Origin: Theionarchaea archaeon
GTDB taxonomy: Archaea; Methanobacteriota_B; Thermococci; Methanofastidiosales; SZ-28-30
Assembly: GCA_018992685.1 (NCBI GenBank)
Contig: JACVGT010000009.1
Coordinates: forward strand, 1-64,000
Length of the DNA: 64,000 nt
Direction of reading: 5' to 3'
Part shown: positions 37,421 to 46,883 of the stretch, in pieces
How positions within the stretch are numbered: the first letter of the stretch is position 1
Layout of the letters: the number at the start of each line of letters is the position of its first letter
Notes under the pieces: generated by a model
Database searches by the model: none
Told to the model about the DNA's origin: nothing
The model's input: only the letters and a program-made list of their open reading frames with translations
Made by a program: the position numbers and the translations under genes

Positions 37421-38743
37421 TTATCCCATTAAATCTCTCATTTCTTTTAGTGCCTTCAGGGAAGCTTCTATAGACTGGGCAAGTTCTTCATGCTCTTCTG
37501 CTGCTTCATCTATAGATCTTCCTTCCATGACCGCATCAATGGCCTGCCTGAAGGCACGGGAACCTGCAGCAGGCCCCATTGGATGTGCGTGGATTGCTCC
37601 TCCCGCTCCAATGACTATGTCACGCCCCAGGTCGTTGATGAGTTCGTCCACCATAGGCTGGGCGATTCCGCCAGAAGGCATGGGAAATACGGGAGGAATG
37701 TCGTGGAAGGGGTAGGTCATGGTCTTGGCTGTTTGAACGTACCGCTCCTTGAGGTATGGGGCTTTCCCGTAGGGAGCAGGAAATACGATGACATCAGCCC
37801 CGGCCAGCCTGGGAAGTTTTCCCAGAACAATGGGGGATGCAACACCAGAAACAGGTGACTCGTACAGGGCTCCTGCAAAATCCATGTGAGTCAGAATGGG
37901 TACGGTAATCGATGGATCGTCGGCAAGAGCTCTCAGGACAGAGATACCGGCTGTCAAGTAGTTGACCATGATGCAGTTAGTGCCCAGTTCAATTGCCTTC
38001 TCTGCATTCTCCAGTACCTTGGGGATGCGGTCAGTCACATTCACTGCATACAGGGTCTTCTCTCCTTTTTCTTCCTCTGCCCTGTCAGCAGCTTCCATGT
38101 ACAATGGTATCCTTTCATCCAGGGTGTTAAAGGGGGCGTCGGCCAGAAGTTCATCATCTTTTATGATGTCTGCACCTCCCCGGGCTGCCTCAAAAAAGAG
38201 GTCTCTTCCTGCCTGAGGCGGGTATCCTGTACAGGGTTTGATCATGTTGTTGAGCAATGGCCTCTCCGGTACGTTCAAGATTTTTCTTATTCCTTTTATT
38301 CCAAATTTGGCCCCTTTGAATCCACTGGTAAAGCTTTTCGGAAATTTAAGATCCATCAGTTTGATTTTGCCTCCCATAGAGATATTTCCTACCACAGTTG
38401 TGAGCATCATGGGGATCTGAGCCCCGAAATTCACCCAGGGGAAAGCGATCTGAACAAGATAGTTTCTCTCAGTGACATTCGGGAGTTCGAACTCGTAGTG
38501 GGGGATCTCGTAGATGCCAATGACCTTAGCAACGTGTGTTCTTCTCACGTCTTCCGTCTCTCCAGGTACACTAATCCAGGTACCTGTGCTCTGCTCCACG
38601 GCTATTGCAGGTGCAATCTTGTAAACATTGTACCGGGGGCTTGCACATACATAGTAGGTGGCAATGACGTAGGCTTCATCATCTACACCCTCGGGGAGGG
38701 CTTCTGGAAGTGATTCGACATTCATAGGTACACCTGCTATCAT
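37421..38743 (-). CDS. RuBisCO-like protein (form IV)
   Basis: AVEQSTGTW, MIKP, IIKDDE, PSGG and GGAIHAHPMG motifs; HMDFAG replaces HRA and the loop-6 region is divergent. Confidence 0.9.
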   Translation of the reverse strand: MIAGVPMNVESLPEALPEGVDDEAYVIATYYVCASPRYNVYKIAPAIAVEQSTGTWISVPGETEDVRRTHVAKVIGIYEIPHYEFELPNVTERNYLVQIAFPWVNFGAQIPMMLTTVVGNISMGGKIKLMDLKFPKSFTSGFKGAKFGIKGIRKILNVPERPLLNNMIKPCTGYPPQAGRDLFFEAARGGADIIKDDELLADAPFNTLDERIPLYMEAADRAEEEKGEKTLYAVNVTDRIPKVLENAEKAIELGTNCIMVNYLTAGISVLRALADDPSITVPILTHMDFAGALYESPVSGVASPIVLGKLPRLAGADVIVFPAPYGKAPYLKERYVQTAKTMTYPFHDIPPVFPMPSGGIAQPMVDELINDLGRDIVIGAGGAIHAHPMGPAAGSRAFRQAIDAVMEGRSIDEAAEEHEELAQSIEASLKALKEMRDLMG

Positions 38744-39029
38744 TTGGGGGGTACGCTTATATCTCTTATCCACCCTTGGGCCTGATGAGAGCTGTGCTCT
38801 ACGGTGAAGACCGCCTGGCAAGACCCTCGCCGGTGCTATGAGAATATTTGCCCTTGGCCGGTTCAGGCAGTGTGACCAATCACGATTCGACAGTATCGGA
38901 AGGGCACAACCTATTTAAGCTGTTATTCAAAAGAAATCCAATGGAGTACGCCTGCACATCTGCCGTAATCGTTACTCCTTCAGTCCAAACCGTGCAGGAC
39001 GTAGCCACCATCTCAAGGGAGGTGACAAA

Positions 39030-39401
39030 ATGGCACTGTCAAAAAGAGAGAAACTCACTCAGGCGTTGAAGGACCTGGAAGCTACAACTCCGGACATTGA
39101 AGCTTCAGCCATCGTTTCTGTGGATGGGTTGATGATTGCCTCGGCTCTGCCTCGGGATGTGGAGGAGGACAGGGTAGCTGCCATGTCAGCAGCCATGCTT
39201 TCGCTGGGAGAGAGGACGGCTGGTGAGCTGACCAGGGGCGAACTCTCAGAGGTATATGTCAAAGGAGAAAATGGATATGTAATCTTGATGTCGGCAGGAG
39301 AAAATGCAGTGCTTACTGCTTTGGCTCGCAAAGATGCTAAGCTTGGATTGGTCTTTCTGGACATGAAGAGAACAGCAGAAGAGATCAAGGATAATGTGTA
39401 G
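39030..39401 (+). CDS. Roadblock/LC7 (MglB-like) protein
   Basis: IEASAIVSVDGLMIAS..DRVAAMSAAML.LGER..KLGLVFLDM. Confidence 0.93.
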   Translation: MALSKREKLTQALKDLEATTPDIEASAIVSVDGLMIASALPRDVEEDRVAAMSAAMLSLGERTAGELTRGELSEVYVKGENGYVILMSAGENAVLTALARKDAKLGLVFLDMKRTAEEIKDNV

Positions 39402-39448
39402 TAACCTTTTAAAATGCAGCGTTTGTCAAGGGAGCCAGAGGAGTAACT

Positions 39449-40039
39449 ATGAAAGAGCTCATAACTATGGCCTTTCGCCAGGTCCGAGGGATTCGAGACA
39501 TATTCATTCCAGAAGAAGCTACACCAGTCTTCAGTAACATTATGGAGAATTTGCACGAAATACTTGCTTCCCAGGTTGCCGACTATCTTCTGATTGAGGG
39601 TGAACAGGGACGGTTCTATGCCCGGTTTTCTAATGATGGATGGGTTGGAGTGACCACAGATCGTGATGTCAGCGAGGTTCTCATACTGGCAGCCTTGGAT
39701 AGAACAGCACGGTTCCTGGACAAACACCGTCAGATCAAGCAGAGAATCAAGCACCTTCAGCATGACATTGAGGAACTGTTTCTTATGCAGGGAATAGCCG
39801 CAGCAGTGCGGGAGATGGATCTCTCTGTGGGGACTGACAGCCTCACTGGTACCATTCGGGTGTCTGCACGAGGAGGACGGTCTGAGGCAGTCCGCGATCT
39901 TGTTGTAAAGTTTTTGGACAAGCAGCTTCCATATTTCATCAGGAACAAAGTGATTGTTGTCACAGAGAAGCAGTCACTTTTTGAACGGATAACACGAGAT
40001 CAGCTGGTAAGGATCATAAGAAGAGTGGAGCGATTATGA
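39449..40039 (+). CDS. Hypothetical protein, N-terminal half possibly a divergent roadblock/longin-like fold
   Basis: Lies between the roadblock and GTPase genes; YLLIEGEQGRFY..VGVTT pattern; overlaps the GTPase start. Confidence 0.65.
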   Translation: MKELITMAFRQVRGIRDIFIPEEATPVFSNIMENLHEILASQVADYLLIEGEQGRFYARFSNDGWVGVTTDRDVSEVLILAALDRTARFLDKHRQIKQRIKHLQHDIEELFLMQGIAAAVREMDLSVGTDSLTGTIRVSARGGRSEAVRDLVVKFLDKQLPYFIRNKVIVVTEKQSLFERITRDQLVRIIRRVERL

Positions 40040-40545
40040 TGAAAGCGAAGATATTGGTGACAGGCGCTTTCAATGCGGGAAAGACTACATTCATTCACAG
40101 CATCTCCGAGATAAGACCTGTTTACACGGACAAGAAAATGCTCGATACTGAGGAATTGACCACTGTAGCCATGGATTTCGGGAGAATAACGATAGATGAT
40201 GATCTGGCATTGTATTTGTTTGGCACTCCCGGACAGGAACGCTTTGATTTTATGTGGGAGATCCTCAAAGAAGATATTATTGGGTTTATTCTTCTACTGG
40301 ACAGTGTCACTCCAGAAATTCCTACCACCCAGAAGATTCTGGACTTTCTTATTTCACATTCAGATGTTCCATTTGTTATTGCCTGTACAAAAAGAGATCA
40401 CGTACATGCTCTCCCCATGGAAACACTACGAGAGCAGATGAAAATGGATGATGTCCCAGTGATTCCCTGCGTTGCAACTCAGAGAGACAGCGTGAAGGAG
40501 GTTCTTCTGATTCTCCTTCGTGAAATATTGAATAGGTTTTCCTGA
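40036..40545 (+). CDS. MglA/ATP_bind_1-type small GTPase
   Basis: GAFNAGKTT, TTVAMDFG, FGTPGQERFDFMW and TKRD motifs. Confidence 0.93.
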   Translation: MMKAKILVTGAFNAGKTTFIHSISEIRPVYTDKKMLDTEELTTVAMDFGRITIDDDLALYLFGTPGQERFDFMWEILKEDIIGFILLLDSVTPEIPTTQKILDFLISHSDVPFVIACTKRDHVHALPMETLREQMKMDDVPVIPCVATQRDSVKEVLLILLREILNRFS

Positions 40546-40574
40546 TAATGAAGAGACTGGACCTGGCATCACAA

Positions 40575-41444
40575 TCATAAGGTGAGGCTGAGGCCATGGT
40601 GATTGAGGAAGGCATTGAGGTCATCTCGACTGCAAATCCCTCCTCGTGCCCCCTGGTGCTGCACTTTTATGGAGGATGTGGCAGTCCCCAGGATGCCACA
40701 CTCCTTCAGTATGTGCTGGGTCAGCAGCCCGGAAATAAACCCTGCGTCGAAGGCGTCTCCAGCACCTGTTGAATCACGAGCGGTGTAGCCAAAAGACGGA
40801 ACATCGATGATCTCATCTGTGAGGATAGAGCAACCTCCTCCATTCTTGGTTACTATTAGGCAGCGAGCAGCCAGAATATCAGCAGCTTTTTCTAAGGAAT
40901 CAGTCTTGACTTCTCTCTTCAGATCATCTTCGTTTAAGAAGACATAGTCGACATGAGGAACCAGTTCCGGGAAGAGCAGTTCCTGTGGGTCCCACGAGAG
41001 CGTGAGAGGCGCATCCCTGCACATGGATATGAGGTCCTGTACCACAGTCCTTGGGCTGCTGGACACATGAATGTGCTGTGCATCTCGTATGGATGCATCA
41101 ATTTTGATGTGTTGATTTGCCCCGGTGAATTTGATCATTCGTTTTGCCTCTCCTTCCACCAGTATCACCGCAATCCCTGTTGTGCCAGTTCTTATCACAT
41201 TCTCTGTACTGACATGGTAGGATGCAAGATCCTGAAGCTGTATGTCACCAAGGGGGTCCTCTCCCACGGCACCCACCATCCCCGTGGTGAGCCCCAGAGA
41301 ACCCAGCCAGCACGCAGTGTTGCCAGCAGAGCCACCGCAGGAAAAGGAAGCTTCTTCACAGCGCATTTTCTCGTGCAGGTCAGGTAGGCGGGCAACGTGA
41401 AAGCTGATGTCATAGTTCAGGTTGCCAACGCAGACGACGTCCAT
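40575..41444 (-). CDS. PfkB-family carbohydrate/nucleoside kinase
   Basis: GGSAGNTA, NEDD and DSTGAGDAF motifs. Confidence 0.92.
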   Translation of the reverse strand: MDVVCVGNLNYDISFHVARLPDLHEKMRCEEASFSCGGSAGNTACWLGSLGLTTGMVGAVGEDPLGDIQLQDLASYHVSTENVIRTGTTGIAVILVEGEAKRMIKFTGANQHIKIDASIRDAQHIHVSSSPRTVVQDLISMCRDAPLTLSWDPQELLFPELVPHVDYVFLNEDDLKREVKTDSLEKAADILAARCLIVTKNGGGCSILTDEIIDVPSFGYTARDSTGAGDAFDAGFISGLLTQHILKECGILGTATSSIKVQHQGARGGICSRDDLNAFLNHHGLSLTL

Positions 41445-41543
41445 GCCCTTACTAGAAGTGAGCATTCTTAAATATTGGTGGCTGTGAAGATTGGGGTGTC
41501 ACGACGACTATGAGAAAAAGGAGACAGCATGAAAACATGCATC

Positions 41544-42116
41544 CTAGAAACTGAAAACGAGCAGTAATATCGCTGAAATGAAGACTGCTGTCCATAAGAG
41601 AGGGTTGTAGCGCACTACCTTTGAACCATCCATTGGGGGTATTGGGATCAAATTGAAGACAGCGAGGAAGAAGTTGATCATGGCCAATTCTGTGAGGAAC
41701 CCTGTGTACACACCGGTCAATTTCAGCAGCAACGCTGCGGCTCCTACCGCGATGTTACAGACAGGCCCGGCAAGCGATGTCTTACCTTCAATTTCTGAAG
41801 TCACCCATCCTGTGCTCATAATCATGACAGCTCCTGGAGCGGCAAAAAACACGATCCTGGTCAAGCCCAGAAAGAAAGCAAGGACTAACCCCCAGGTGTA
41901 TTTTCTGTATTCTGCCCAGAGACCATACTTCTGGGCCATGTACTTATGTGACAGCTCGTGCAAGACAAAAGCACTTCCCACAATAATGAGCATCTGCACA
42001 ATCAGCACGGGATTTCGCACCAGACGGCTTACACCCAGTCTGAAAACAGCAAAGGAAATACCCAGGACGATCCAGGAAATCACAAGATCTTCCATTTCTT
42101 TTTGACTGAATTTCAT
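41544..42116 (-). CDS. Site-2 protease (M50) family
   Basis: HELSH, AGP and FNLIPIPPMDGSK motifs. Confidence 0.92.
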   Translation of the reverse strand: MKFSQKEMEDLVISWIVLGISFAVFRLGVSRLVRNPVLIVQMLIIVGSAFVLHELSHKYMAQKYGLWAEYRKYTWGLVLAFFLGLTRIVFFAAPGAVMIMSTGWVTSEIEGKTSLAGPVCNIAVGAAALLLKLTGVYTGFLTELAMINFFLAVFNLIPIPPMDGSKVVRYNPLLWTAVFISAILLLVFSF

Positions 42117-42787
42117 TGGATTCCCTCTTTTTGACAGCTTTTATAATTATCGATGAGATGATGTTTGATGCCCTTGAGATGGCCCGCTCCCACCACTACC
42201 ACCACTGTCCCTGAAAGAGATGACAGGTTCCGTGCCATTATGCGGTCCCGTTCTTCTATGAGCACTGCATGTGCTGAGGGACTCACTTTGCGCAACTCCT
42301 CGGTTAGAGAGTCAACCATGGCTGAGTCAATGTGGTCCAGTTCCATCTTGGTAGGGGTCAAAATGTAGAAAAGCATTCTGACGATGTCACCAAGGGAGAA
42401 ACTTGAAATCAGCTTGTTGAGCGTGGCCACGATGTTTTGATCGATTAGCACGATGGATGCCCCCACAGTGCGAGCCACTTCTGCGGCCTCCAGCATCTCG
42501 GCACCTGGCAAGACACCCGTTTCCTGGCCGACTTTGTTCTGGAGGTATGAAAGCAGGCTCCCCACCACAGCCATTCGGAGACCCATTCTCAACATCTGAA
42601 GGAACCCGGGGGATTCCCTGGACTCTGACTGGAGAGCCAGTAGTCGGCTGGAATCCAGTTCCAGGGCAACGTGATCAGGACGAATATCCAGAATGGTGGT
42701 TTTCACGAGATCAACGCTTTCCTGAAAGACATGACCCGTTCCCACCAGAACAAATGTGGTCTGTCCGAGGGTCACTTCTTCTTTCAT
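42113..42787 (-). CDS. TraB/PrgY family protein
   Basis: GTGHV, VALELD..R, PGAEM, ERD.IMA and VVGAGHL.G motifs. Confidence 0.9.
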   Translation of the reverse strand: MKEEVTLGQTTFVLVGTGHVFQESVDLVKTTILDIRPDHVALELDSSRLLALQSESRESPGFLQMLRMGLRMAVVGSLLSYLQNKVGQETGVLPGAEMLEAAEVARTVGASIVLIDQNIVATLNKLISSFSLGDIVRMLFYILTPTKMELDHIDSAMVDSLTEELRKVSPSAHAVLIEERDRIMARNLSSLSGTVVVVVGAGHLKGIKHHLIDNYKSCQKEGIQ

Positions 42788-43045
42788 TGCGGTACAGGAG
42801 GGGGGGAGATATATAAAGATTCAGATAATGATATGCACGGTAGGACCAATATCAGAAAGAGTAGTAGGTGGGAAATCTGTTGATTTCCAAACAGCACACA
42901 AGAATATTCCTATTCATCTTTTCACCTCTCCTAGTAATCCATAGCAGTTTTTAAAAAGTCATGTTTTTTCGATATTTAGTATTACGAAGCTCTCTTAAAG
43001 AAAAGATTGTCATTTAAGAAATGGGAAATGAGAAAAAAAAGAACT

Positions 43046-44320
43046 CTACTGTGTACAGCACTCTTCAATCTCTTGCAGAAGTTCCAGTGCTTTCAGTGCC
43101 CAGTAGTTTGCAGCAATGTAGTTTCCGTCAATGAAGAATTTCTCAGCCATCTCCAAGTACTCTTGTACTTCATCCAATCTGTTGACACAGCATGTACTGT
43201 ACAAAGGGTCACTCTCAACGTTGAGGTTGTCACATGTCTTTTGCACTTCATTGATGAGGCTTTGTACTTGTGAGATTCTGTAAGCAGCCAAAGGCATAAA
43301 CGGCTTGTTAGTATCTGGATTGCGGGGAGTGAAAGAAGGTCCTTCTCCGCAGAAATCAGTGTCAAGCGTTGCACCAAAGATATCTCCATTCCCATTTCTG
43401 TAATCCGTCCAGACAACGGCATTGCAATATATTGCAGGCTTACTCTGTTCACTTCCCAGTGTACATATGGGAAACTCTGTTGACGTGGAAAGGTCATAGC
43501 CATAGATATCCCAATTCCTATTCCTGTGATCATCCCAGATAACAACATTGCCATAGATTGCAGGCCACCCCTGTCTATCTCCCATTGTACATATAGAAAA
43601 CTCTGTTGACGTGGAAAGGTCATAGCCATAGATATCCGCGTTCCCATTCCTGTAACCTTCCCAGACAACAACGTTGCCATAGATTGCAGGAATTGCCTGA
43701 ACACTTCCTAGTGTACATATAGAAAACTCTGTTGACGTGGAAAGGTCATAGCCATAGATATCCTGGTTTCCGTTCCTGTAGTCTTCCCAGACAACAACGT
43801 TGCCATAGATTGCAGGACACCGCTGGTTACTTCCTAGTGTACATATAGAGAACTCTGTTGACGTGGAAAGGTCATAGCCATAGATATCCTGGTTTCCGTT
43901 CCTGAAATCGTCCCAGACAACAACATTGCCATAGATTGCAGGCCACAACTGATTACTTCCATCTGTACATATAGAAAACTCTGTTGACGTGGAAAGGTCA
44001 TAGCCATAGATATCCTGGTTTCCGTTCCTGTAGTCTTCCCAGAAAACAACATTGCCATAGATTGCAGGCCACAACTGATTACTTCCATCTGTACATATAG
44101 AAAACTCTGTTGACGTGGAAAGGTCATAGCCATAGATATCCGCGTTCCCATTCCTGTAGTCTTCCCAGAAAACAACATTGCCATAGATTGCAAGATGCCA
44201 CTGAGTAAATCTTTCTGTACAAATAGGAACCTCTAACACAACAGAAGCACCAAAAACACCTGTCACCAATACAACCACCAGCATCACCAACACTATCATC
44301 CATTTTTTTCCCAGTCTCAT
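43046..44320 (-). CDS. Secreted 7-blade beta-propeller repeat protein with a helical Cys-containing C-terminal domain
   Basis: Signal peptide; 42-aa repeats PAIYGNVV.W.D.RNGN.DIYGYDLSTSTEF.ICT; start uncertain (44353, 44329 or 44320). Confidence 0.9.
   Translation of the reverse strand: MRLGKKWMIVLVMLVVVLVTGVFGASVVLEVPICTERFTQWHLAIYGNVVFWEDYRNGNADIYGYDLSTSTEFSICTDGSNQLWPAIYGNVVFWEDYRNGNQDIYGYDLSTSTEFSICTDGSNQLWPAIYGNVVVWDDFRNGNQDIYGYDLSTSTEFSICTLGSNQRCPAIYGNVVVWEDYRNGNQDIYGYDLSTSTEFSICTLGSVQAIPAIYGNVVVWEGYRNGNADIYGYDLSTSTEFSICTMGDRQGWPAIYGNVVIWDDHRNRNWDIYGYDLSTSTEFPICTLGSEQSKPAIYCNAVVWTDYRNGNGDIFGATLDTDFCGEGPSFTPRNPDTNKPFMPLAAYRISQVQSLINEVQKTCDNLNVESDPLYSTCCVNRLDEVQEYLEMAEKFFIDGNYIAANYWALKALELLQEIEECCTQ
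43400..44200. repeat. 126-bp intragenic tandem repeats containing an invariant 39-nt block
   Basis: AACTCTGTTGACGTGGAAAGGTCATAGCCATAGATATCC occurs at 43473, 43599, 43725, 43851, 43977 and 44103. Confidence 0.95.
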
Positions 44321-44654
44321 TTCTAGCATGTACAGGAAAAGATAATTGACCATTTAAAGCTTTATTTTATTAACTACGTTAGTCATTAATGTTATTCACC
44401 AACAGGATTGTCTATCCAGTTCTGGATTTGAAGATTCAACCTTCCAAGAAGTCCCTTCATCTTCCCCTCTATACGTATATCACGGATCTGATTAAGAAGG
44501 CTTGTGTAACTCATGGTTACAAGATTGGAGGTTGAGTGTGCATTTTCTCCTCTTTCTTGTATTGTAGTTTCCGCAATAATTATGCAATAATGTTATACAT
44601 GTCGATCTCCTGGTGTACTCGTAATGTATATAAGCTCTGCTTCGAGGCTGGATT

Positions 44655-45971
44655 ATGAACCTCGTTATCATTGGGTTGGGCACTGCAGGATATGCTGCAG
44701 CCATGGAAGCTGCAAAACGTGGTGCTCACCTGACTGTTATTGAGAAACGGGATTTTGAAACTTTCTCTCCTTGCGGGCTTCCCTATGTCGTTGATGGATC
44801 TATTCCGTCTTTCGAAGATCTCAAACACTCTATCAGGTTACGAAATACAGAGAAATTACTCTCTCACAGTGTAGAATCTATTGACATCCAGAAGAAGACA
44901 GTTAGAACACGAGATTGCAAGAAAGGAGATTACAAGACCGTTCCCTACGACAAGCTGATCATTGCTACAGGCGCCATCCCCGTGATACCCCCCATCAAAG
45001 GAGCGAGAGAACTCCTTGGGAAGGGAACCTTTGTTGTTTCCGGGATCGGGGATACAAGCGAGCTCAAAAAGAAGGCAGAAGTTTCCAAATCATGTGTTGT
45101 TATCGGAGCAGGAGCCATTGGGCTGGAAACTGCCTGCACGCTCCACAATAAAGGATTACAGGTGACTGTGGTGGAAATGCTGCCTCAGGTGTTTCCCCAG
45201 GCCATTGATGAAGACATGGCTCTCGATGTGAAGAACCACCTGGAGGACAGTGGAATTCCCGTGGTTGTGAATGCCCGGGTAGAATCTGTCACGCAGGATG
45301 GGGGCGTGGTGGTTACTGCTGACAGGGAGTATACTGCTGATTTTGCCATGATTGCTGCAGGAGTGAGAGCAAACTTCGCTCTGGCAGAGAAAGCAGGAAT
45401 AACGATTGGGAAGTGGGGGATCAAGGTCAATCCGAAAATGGAAACCTCTGCTCAAGATGTGTATGCATGTGGAGACTGCATAGAGACGTATTCCTATGTC
45501 AACGGTGAGCCCTGGATGATGCAGCTGGCTACATCTGCCCTGCAGATGGGACAGGTTGCTGCAACAAACGTCATGGGAGGGAATGCTTCCTACCAGGGAT
45601 GTCTCAATACCTTTGCTTCAGAATTGGGTGGAAAGGAAATTGCATCCTGTGGATTCACTGAGAATCAGGCGGCAAGATTCGGATATGATGTGGCCGTGGG
45701 AGAAGGAGCAGGAAGAGTGACTGCAGACTACTACCCGGGAGAAGAGACGGTCAAGGTCAAACTCATCGTGGACAAGAAAGATCACCGTCTCCTGGGAGGG
45801 CAGGCGTTTGGTGTGGGCGCATTCTGGAGGGTGAATGTGATTTCTCTTGCCGTGAAAGCACATATGACAGTGGATGAGTTCTCCACAATGGAACTTGCCT
45901 ACACGCCGCCATTGTCAACGTCACACGATGTACTGCTGAAAGCCTGTGATTTTGTGTTGAGGCGACTGTGA
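44655..45971 (+). CDS. NADH oxidase / CoA-disulfide reductase family flavoprotein
   Basis: GLGTAG, FSPCGLPY redox Cys, GAGAIGLE, GDC and LAYTPP motifs. Confidence 0.9.
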   Translation: MNLVIIGLGTAGYAAAMEAAKRGAHLTVIEKRDFETFSPCGLPYVVDGSIPSFEDLKHSIRLRNTEKLLSHSVESIDIQKKTVRTRDCKKGDYKTVPYDKLIIATGAIPVIPPIKGARELLGKGTFVVSGIGDTSELKKKAEVSKSCVVIGAGAIGLETACTLHNKGLQVTVVEMLPQVFPQAIDEDMALDVKNHLEDSGIPVVVNARVESVTQDGGVVVTADREYTADFAMIAAGVRANFALAEKAGITIGKWGIKVNPKMETSAQDVYACGDCIETYSYVNGEPWMMQLATSALQMGQVAATNVMGGNASYQGCLNTFASELGGKEIASCGFTENQAARFGYDVAVGEGAGRVTADYYPGEETVKVKLIVDKKDHRLLGGQAFGVGAFWRVNVISLAVKAHMTVDEFSTMELAYTPPLSTSHDVLLKACDFVLRRL

Positions 45972-46047
45972 CAAGAACGCTGTCAGAGGGACGAATTCTT
46001 TGATCCTGAATATCAGGGTGACTGAAGAGCTTCCAAGACCGAAAAGG

Positions 46048-46767
46048 CTATCTTGGATATCCCACAGGCATCACATACAGTGGAGTCAGCTCTTCAGGTA
46101 TGCTAAGAACCTGCTGAACATCCTGATCTATGAAAGCTCCTACTGCCACTGTCCCCAGGGCCAACCCTTCTGCTTGCAGATAGATATTCTCACCCACGTG
46201 ACCTGCTTCCATGTGTACGTAACGTATACCACGTTCTCCATATCTTGCAGTAGTCTTCTCATATTTCGCGACAATGACAATACTGACAGGAGCGTCCTCA
46301 ATGAACAACTGGGTTAAACAGGCAACAGCCAGCCTGTCTCGGTAGTCTCCTTCTTTTATCAGTCGCAGCACATTCGATGTAGGGACATATTCATAAATGC
46401 CAGCACCTAGTCCCTCAACCCCTGGATCGCCCACTACGACATATAGTGTCAGAGGGTACGTAGCTCCGGCAGAAGGTGCACTTCTCTTGAATCCTTCCGT
46501 AATTCCCTGGCCCGCCCAGAGGAGCTGAGAAATCTGGTCTAAAGTCAGAGGAGTATCTTGAAAGTCACGGACAGACCTTCTTTTCTTGAGGGCTTCCTCC
46601 ACAGACATGTCACCTGTAACATGGGGAGCTGGGAGAACGATCTCAGATTGCTTTTCAACCACAGTCAAAGGGACGTTCTGATTCAAGCACAAACTGGAAC
46701 TCAGGATAAGACTCAACACAAGCAGCATTCTCAATGGTACCATAATCTCTGTTCGTTGGAGATCCAT
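46048..46767 (-). CDS. SagB/ThcOx-type nitroreductase with N-terminal signal/lipobox-like segment
   Basis: RRSVRDF, LLWAGQG, RSAPSAGATYP and EAGHVGEN motifs; LVLSLILSSSLCL leader. Confidence 0.88.
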   Translation of the reverse strand: MDLQRTEIMVPLRMLLVLSLILSSSLCLNQNVPLTVVEKQSEIVLPAPHVTGDMSVEEALKKRRSVRDFQDTPLTLDQISQLLWAGQGITEGFKRSAPSAGATYPLTLYVVVGDPGVEGLGAGIYEYVPTSNVLRLIKEGDYRDRLAVACLTQLFIEDAPVSIVIVAKYEKTTARYGERGIRYVHMEAGHVGENIYLQAEGLALGTVAVGAFIDQDVQQVLSIPEELTPLYVMPVGYPR

Positions 46768-46883
46768 AAATACATTGGCTGTCTCGTGTCTTGCCCTTTC
46801 GCCAACAAAGTTGAATCCCTCGAATGATCACCCACGTGATCCAGAGAAAGAATGCGAAAAGAATTCCAGGAAAGAACGTGATT

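Noticed and set aside
37421-38743. Bona fide carboxylating RuBisCO (form III)
   Set aside because: It lacks the HRA motif and a form III-type loop 6 and GDHLH context, and no AMP phosphorylase or R15P isomerase gene is adjacent.
43473-44141. CRISPR-like array (39-nt identical repeats at regular spacing)
   Set aside because: The period is exactly 126 nt (42 codons), the 'spacers' are homologous to each other, the array lies in an intact ORF, and no cas genes are present.
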